Shown: positions 59,427-64,000 of the stretch, in pieces
Layout of the letters: every line of letters begins with the position of its first letter
How positions within the stretch are numbered: the first letter of the stretch is position 1
Assembly (NCBI GenBank): GCA_963836185.1
Contig: CAWIIQ010000001.1
Coordinates: 485,597 to 549,596 of the forward strand
Source: Candidatus Krumholzibacteriia bacterium
GTDB taxonomy: Bacteria > Krumholzibacteriota > Krumholzibacteriia > Krumholzibacteriales > Krumholzibacteriaceae
Direction: 5' to 3'
DNA length: 64,000 nt
Translations under genes and position numbers: made by a program
The notes under the pieces: generated by a model
The model's database searches: none
The model's input: only the letters and a program-made list of their open reading frames with translations
What the model was told of the DNA's origin: nothing

Positions 59427-60755
59427 ATGTGCCTTGCCGACTTACATCCATGTATCAGGGAGCGTGAAACGATGAGTATCTCTTCAGGACCCTGGATTCG
59501 TTTGCTGTATCGTCTATTATTCTGCTTTCGATCTCCGCTGTCGCGCCGCGGCGGGGCTATTCTCGGGCCTGAGCAGATCGTCCAGGCGGGCGGCATGGAT
59601 ATTAACATTCCCGGATACTCGGTCCCCTCGTTTGTCGACTGGAACAGTGACGGCCTGAATGATCTCGTGGTAGGAGAGGGAAGCGGGCTCACCGGGTTCG
59701 GCCTTGTGCGCGTATATCTCAACAGCGGCACTCCGGGTGATCCCGCCTTTACGGGGTATTTTCATGCGCAGTCGAACGGGTCCGTGCTGCAGAGTCCCGG
59801 CGGCGGCTGAATGGGGATCTTTCCCCGCGTGGTCGACGCGGATCTGGACGGCCGGAAGGACTTGCTCACAGGCGAGGCCGAAGGCAACATCAGGCTCTAT
59901 CTCAATATCAATACAGATACAGATCCGTCATTCGATGGCGGCACTCTGATCGAGGTCGGCCCGGCCGGCTCGAAGACAGCCATCGATGTCGGGCAGCGCA
60001 CGACCCCTGTTGTAGTCGACTGGGACAACGATGGCAGGAGGGATATCGTCGTCGGCAGCAAGGACGGCGTGGTGAGGCTCTACAGAAACACCGGCACCGA
60101 TGCGGCATGGGATTTCGAAAGCGCGGAGATGATACTCGATGGAGGTATCGATCTCGTTGTACCTGCTCTTCGATCGAGCCCGCATATCGAGGACCTCGAC
60201 GGCGACGGGAAAAAGGACATTCTTGCAGGCAACACAGCGGGCCAGATCATGACCTGGTTCAATACGGGCACGGATGCCGTGCCTGTCTATAACGGATACA
60301 CCCCTGTCGAGTCGGACGGTTCGGCGATAGACCTCGCTGGCGACCAGAGAGCGCGGCCTTTCGTATGCGACTGGAACGACGACGGGATCAGGGATCTGTT
60401 GATCGGGTACGGCGACGGCCTGGTACGTCTGTACATCGGCCTGTCCGACCTGACGGAGTGCGTGTGCGATACTCCTGCTTCGGTCCGGTTCCTGCAGGCC
60501 TGGCCCAATCCATTCAATCCCGTTACGACGATCGGATTCGAACTCGATGTGAGGGGGCCGGCGAGTCTTCGCATCTACGACGCTACGGGAAGACTGGTAA
60601 AGACTCTCGCGAACGGCCTCTTCGACGCGGGGCTTCACGAGACGGTCTGGAACGGGACGGGGGACGCAGGCCAGCGGGTCTCGAGCGGGATGTATTTCTG
60701 CAGGTTCGAATCGGGGACATTCCGGCAGACCCAGAAACTCATACTGCTGAGATAG
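59427..60755 (+). CDS. FG-GAP/VCBS-like beta-propeller repeat protein with a T9SS CTD, interrupted by an in-frame TGA at 59808
   Basis: 'FVDWNSDGLNDLVVGE', 'VVDADLDGRKDLLTGE', 'VVDWDNDGRRDIVVGS', 'EDLDGDGKKDILAGN', 'VCDWNDDGIRDLLIGY' repeats on both sides of the stop. CTD '...WPNPFNPVTTIGFEL...MYFCRFESG...KLILLR'. Confidence 0.65.
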
Positions 60756-60778
60756 TCACTTAAAGCGAAGCCCGCAGC

Positions 60779-63700
60779 TCAATATTCTTTGCTCCAGTTG
60801 ATTTCCAGCCCCGTTTCCTGATCCTGATCGATGAAGCTCTCGATCTTGAAACGTTTCGTCAGCTGGTACTCGAGGTTGATCAGGAAATTGGCCGTGTTCT
60901 CCAGGCCCTGTTCGTACTTGAGCATAGTCTTTGTGTTTATGTACTTGCCTACGGTCAGGGCCGTCTCATTCGGATCCCTCGTGCTCTGCTGGAAGGTGAA
61001 CATATCCACGCCGAGTCTTTTTGACATCTCCCCTTCCAGTTTCGAGGCGCCGAATACCAGCAGGATCTCCGTGGTCCGTTCCTGAAGCAGGTTCGACTGG
61101 GAGCCATCGAGGTTGTCCATTGTCTGGCCGAAAAGGAGGAGGGACATGATATCGCTCTCCGACTTGGCCGGATTGGAGGTGAGCTCGATCTCTGGCTCGA
61201 GCGCCGTTCCAGTGAGCTTGATGAAGATGTCTATGTCGGTCACTTTCGCTTTCAGGCTCAGGTCGAACGACGGATTCATCTCGTCCTCTCCATAGAAGAA
61301 GACACTGCCGCGCTGGATCTCGAAGTACCTTCCCATGAAAGAGAGCCTGCCCTTGGTCGGTTTAAGTTCGCCTGTTATGACAGGCCTGTCTCCCTGCTGC
61401 CTGATATGAAGGTCGCCCTCCAGCTCGAAGTTGATCCGTTCGCTCTCGATCCGGAAGGAGTTGGGAATGGAGATCGTCACGTCGATATCCATTCCTTTGA
61501 AGCCCTCCGGTTCACCTGCGCCCAGACTGTCCGGATTGCTGTTTTCAGCCGCCGTAGTGTCGTTCGAGATACGGAAGGAGTCGGCAGCTACCCACAGGAT
61601 CGCGTCGCCTTCGACATCGTGAAGACTCTCCTTCATCTCGGGAAGGCGGAGCAACGCGCGCTCGATGACGACGCTTCCCCTGACGGACGGTCTGGCAAGG
61701 TCGCCTCCGAATTCAAGGTTTATTGTCGGGGAGGCCTGAAGATCGCTCGCTACCGCGATGGACATGTCTTTCGTGTCGAGCCGGCCGCTGAAGCCGGGGT
61801 TGGCGATATCTCCGGCTGCGGTGAATTCTATATTCATGATTCCTTCAAGGTCGATATCGGGCGGAAGCAGCGGATCGAGGTCGGTGAGGGCCAGTTCCTT
61901 CGATTTGATTTCTACAAGCATCTCAGCGGCTTCAGGATGCTCGAGCTTGAAAGGGGCAAGAGTAACATCCAGCGGGTATTCGAAGACACCGGTCAGGACA
62001 TCCTGTTTCGATTTCGTAAGTGAGAGACTGGCAGACAGGCCTGAAGTACGGGATCCGGCAGCTGCTCCCGCTGCGTTCCTCGAACTCATCAGCCGTGTAA
62101 GTGCTGTATCAGATACAGCCTCGCGCGCGTACGTCCCGTCTATGGAGAGCAAGTATTTTTCAAGCTCCTCGCCCCCTGTAAATGCGCAATCGAGCTGAAC
62201 GACAGCTTCGGGATCTGAGAAGGTGCCCCTGGCCGCTATCCTTCCGCTGAGCGAACCAATCAGCCTGGGACTATCGGATATAAAGGGATTAGCGTTGCCC
62301 GACACCGGCATCCCGTCTATGACCATGTCCATCATGAGCGGGCCCTTCTTGAACGATCCATCTTTCTGAAGGGGTGGAAGGGTGCTTTCCAGTGAGATGA
62401 TCGTCTTCTTCGGGCCCTCGATACCAAACGACGCCTGAACGGCATGGTCGTCTGATGACACGTTGAAGTTGATCGCGGTCCTTCTCCCGTCGACGATCGT
62501 TATCCCGCTTATCATACCATCCGCGGTAACTCTCGAAAGGCCATCGGCGCGTACGTCGACAGTCACGCTGTCGGGCCAGAGGCGGTCAGTGATCCTGATC
62601 ATCTTTGGCTTCTTTGGCACAGCGATCTCGATATGAGCTTCCAGGTCGGAGGAGTCAGGGGACGCGGACCCGTTCGCCCTTATGCTCCCGATGCTTCCCT
62701 CGAGAGAGAGCCCGTCCACGATGAAGCCGCCCCCGGCGATCGTGGATATCGTGAACGGACCTGTCGATGCCAGGGTCTGCCCTGAGAGAGAAGTGAAGAA
62801 GGTGTCGGCGCGAACGGAGAAGCCGTTCCCCTGCGGCATCCTCAAAGCGATAAGTATGTTCGAGTCGATTCCGTCGGCGGCAAGCCTTACGGCCGGGCCG
62901 GTCGTATCGCCAGGTTCCGCCTGATCGGTGTAGGAAGCCCTGACGCTGTCGAACATGACGACGCTTGTCTGGAGCCCTTCGGGAAGGAAAAGGCCGGCGG
63001 TCGTTATCCCCTCGTTCCTTTCTGCAGTCCCGGAATATCGCGGGATGACCAGGCCATCGGTGGAAAGCATGCCTTCGATGCCGATTGAATACAGACGGAT
63101 CGTCCTTCGTTCCCGTGATCCTGCAGTCAGCGTTCATCGTCAGGTTGATACTTCTGCCGGCGAGCCGTTCCAGCCGCCGGACGAGAAGCGAATCGGAGAG
63201 TGACACTGCGGCTGCGAGATCGATCATCTCTCCGGCGATGCCGCCTTCCGCCGAGATCCTCAGCCCCTCGAATACGACCAGGGCGGTATCGACGGCCATG
63301 CTGCCGCCGCTGCCTTTGATCGAGACGAGGGCGGTATCGATCCATTCCGTTCTACCTAGATCGAAACGCCCCGCGATGGAGCTTCCGCTGTCTTCCGGCG
63401 CTATTGCCGCCTCAAAATCTATCATCATCGGGCCGAGGTCTACGATTGCGTCTCCCTTTCCCGTCAGTGGAGCGAGCAAGCGCGGGCCGGGAAGCAATGC
63501 GGAGCCGGCCGCTGTTATCTCACGGCCATTGTGCGCGATTGTTCCGCCGACACTGAGTGAGAACGGCCCATCGGCCCGCCACAGGGCCGTCATGGAATCC
63601 CATGATGAAGAATCGGGCTGGAGCATCGTTTTCAGCGAAGCGGGAGGTTCGGGCCACTCCCCGCGAATGTCAAACCGGCCGCTGCGCGTGGAGTCGATAT

Positions 63701-64000
63701 CCGCGCTTACAGAGATTTTTCCGAACATCCCTTCGGTGTGAAGGTCCCGTATAGCAATATCGCCGGTCACGCCGTCCACGCGCACATTCCCGGCGAGATA
63801 AACCGTTCCCGAATCGGGCCATGTCCCGTCAGTGCGTGAGAGTGTCACATCGATGCCGGAGGAGAGATCGGCGACGGCGCTTGTTATGATCCTTATACCG
63901 GAGGTCTCTAAAAGAAGATCTGCCGTATATGGATCGCTTCTCTCCACGGGAATAAATCCCGAGACATCTATAGAATCCAGGGAGGTTCCACCCGCTGTAA
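60779..64000 (-). CDS. TamB-like (translocation and assembly module / DUF490) large envelope protein; the 5' end lies beyond the window and there is one frameshift near 63090
   Basis: C-terminal 'LTVGKYINTKTMLKYEQGLENTANFLINLEYQLTKRFKIESFID' DUF490-like tail. Long beta-rich repeats. The upstream frame (62655..63947) is real down to '...CRITGTKDDPSV', where it joins the 60779..63070 frame. Confidence 0.55.

Noticed and set aside
1-64000. Stop-codon reassignment (TGA or TAA read as sense) to explain the in-frame stops at 16741 and 59808.
   Set aside because: The two events use different stop codons. TGA and TAA are used as genuine terminators of well-defined genes (carA, hdrA-like, speH-like and others). 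Frameshifts, not only stops, disrupt the other genes.
1-64000. CRISPR arrays, tRNA and rRNA genes.
   Set aside because: I saw no regularly spaced 28-37-bp direct repeats with unique spacers, no tRNA-like T-arm motif (GGTTCGAATCC and variants) in intergenic regions, and no rRNA-like stretches. The only repeat arrays are the short tandem repeats reported above.

Overview
This is a high-GC (about 60%) bacterial chromosomal window with no rRNA or tRNA genes and no CRISPR array. I read it as belonging to a proteolytic, T9SS-bearing (FCB-like or candidate-phylum) organism, based on seven cargo proteins that carry the C-terminal sorting domain ('NYPNPFNP...KMVLLR').

Recognisable content, in order:
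- HdrA-like/QmoAB-like flavoproteins, a small unknown ORF and a QmoC-like FeS/cytochrome-b membrane subunit (1..4424).
- A secreted GATase1-like/HEAT protein.
- A decayed lower-GC patch with a DUF4143 ATPase remnant and the frameshifted 5' end of a Cys-rich tandem-repeat cargo gene.
- A beta-helix protein, a C69 dipeptidase and an 855-aa Ca-binding cargo protein.
- A Hanks Ser/Thr kinase separated from its TM/TolB-N-like/TPR partner by an in-frame TAA.
- nrfHA (cytochrome c nitrite reductase), a MarR regulator and carAB.
- A sigma54 enhancer-binding protein lying divergent to a tight operon at 27456..31419: a pyruvoyl AdoMetDC/SpeH-like enzyme, a FemAB/GNAT-like transferase, an ATP-grasp ligase and a PLP Orn/DAP-type decarboxylase, preceded by a 680-bp AT-rich leader containing a small highly charged ORF. 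This operon is my best candidate for an undescribed biosynthetic system (an amine or amino-acid conjugate).
- An SPFH protein, GbsR-like and MarR regulators, an S41 peptidase, tandem DUF302 and FadL-like genes.
- A multiply frameshifted paralog of the 855-aa protein.
- An RHH-PIN toxin-antitoxin pair with a textbook promoter and operator.
- A shattered paralog of the kinase gene.
- C1 and M28 peptidases, an Asp/Glu racemase and a transglutaminase-like protein.
- A tail-fibre-like protein with an S74 chaperone domain, an FG-GAP cargo protein with an in-frame TGA, and a TamB-like gene that runs off the 3' end of the window.

Many genes carry single-base frameshifts. Those I could inspect at base level mostly sit in short homopolymers (GGGG, AAAA), so sequencing or assembly error is as likely as real pseudogenisation. 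All family assignments come from motifs I read in the translations, not from database searches.
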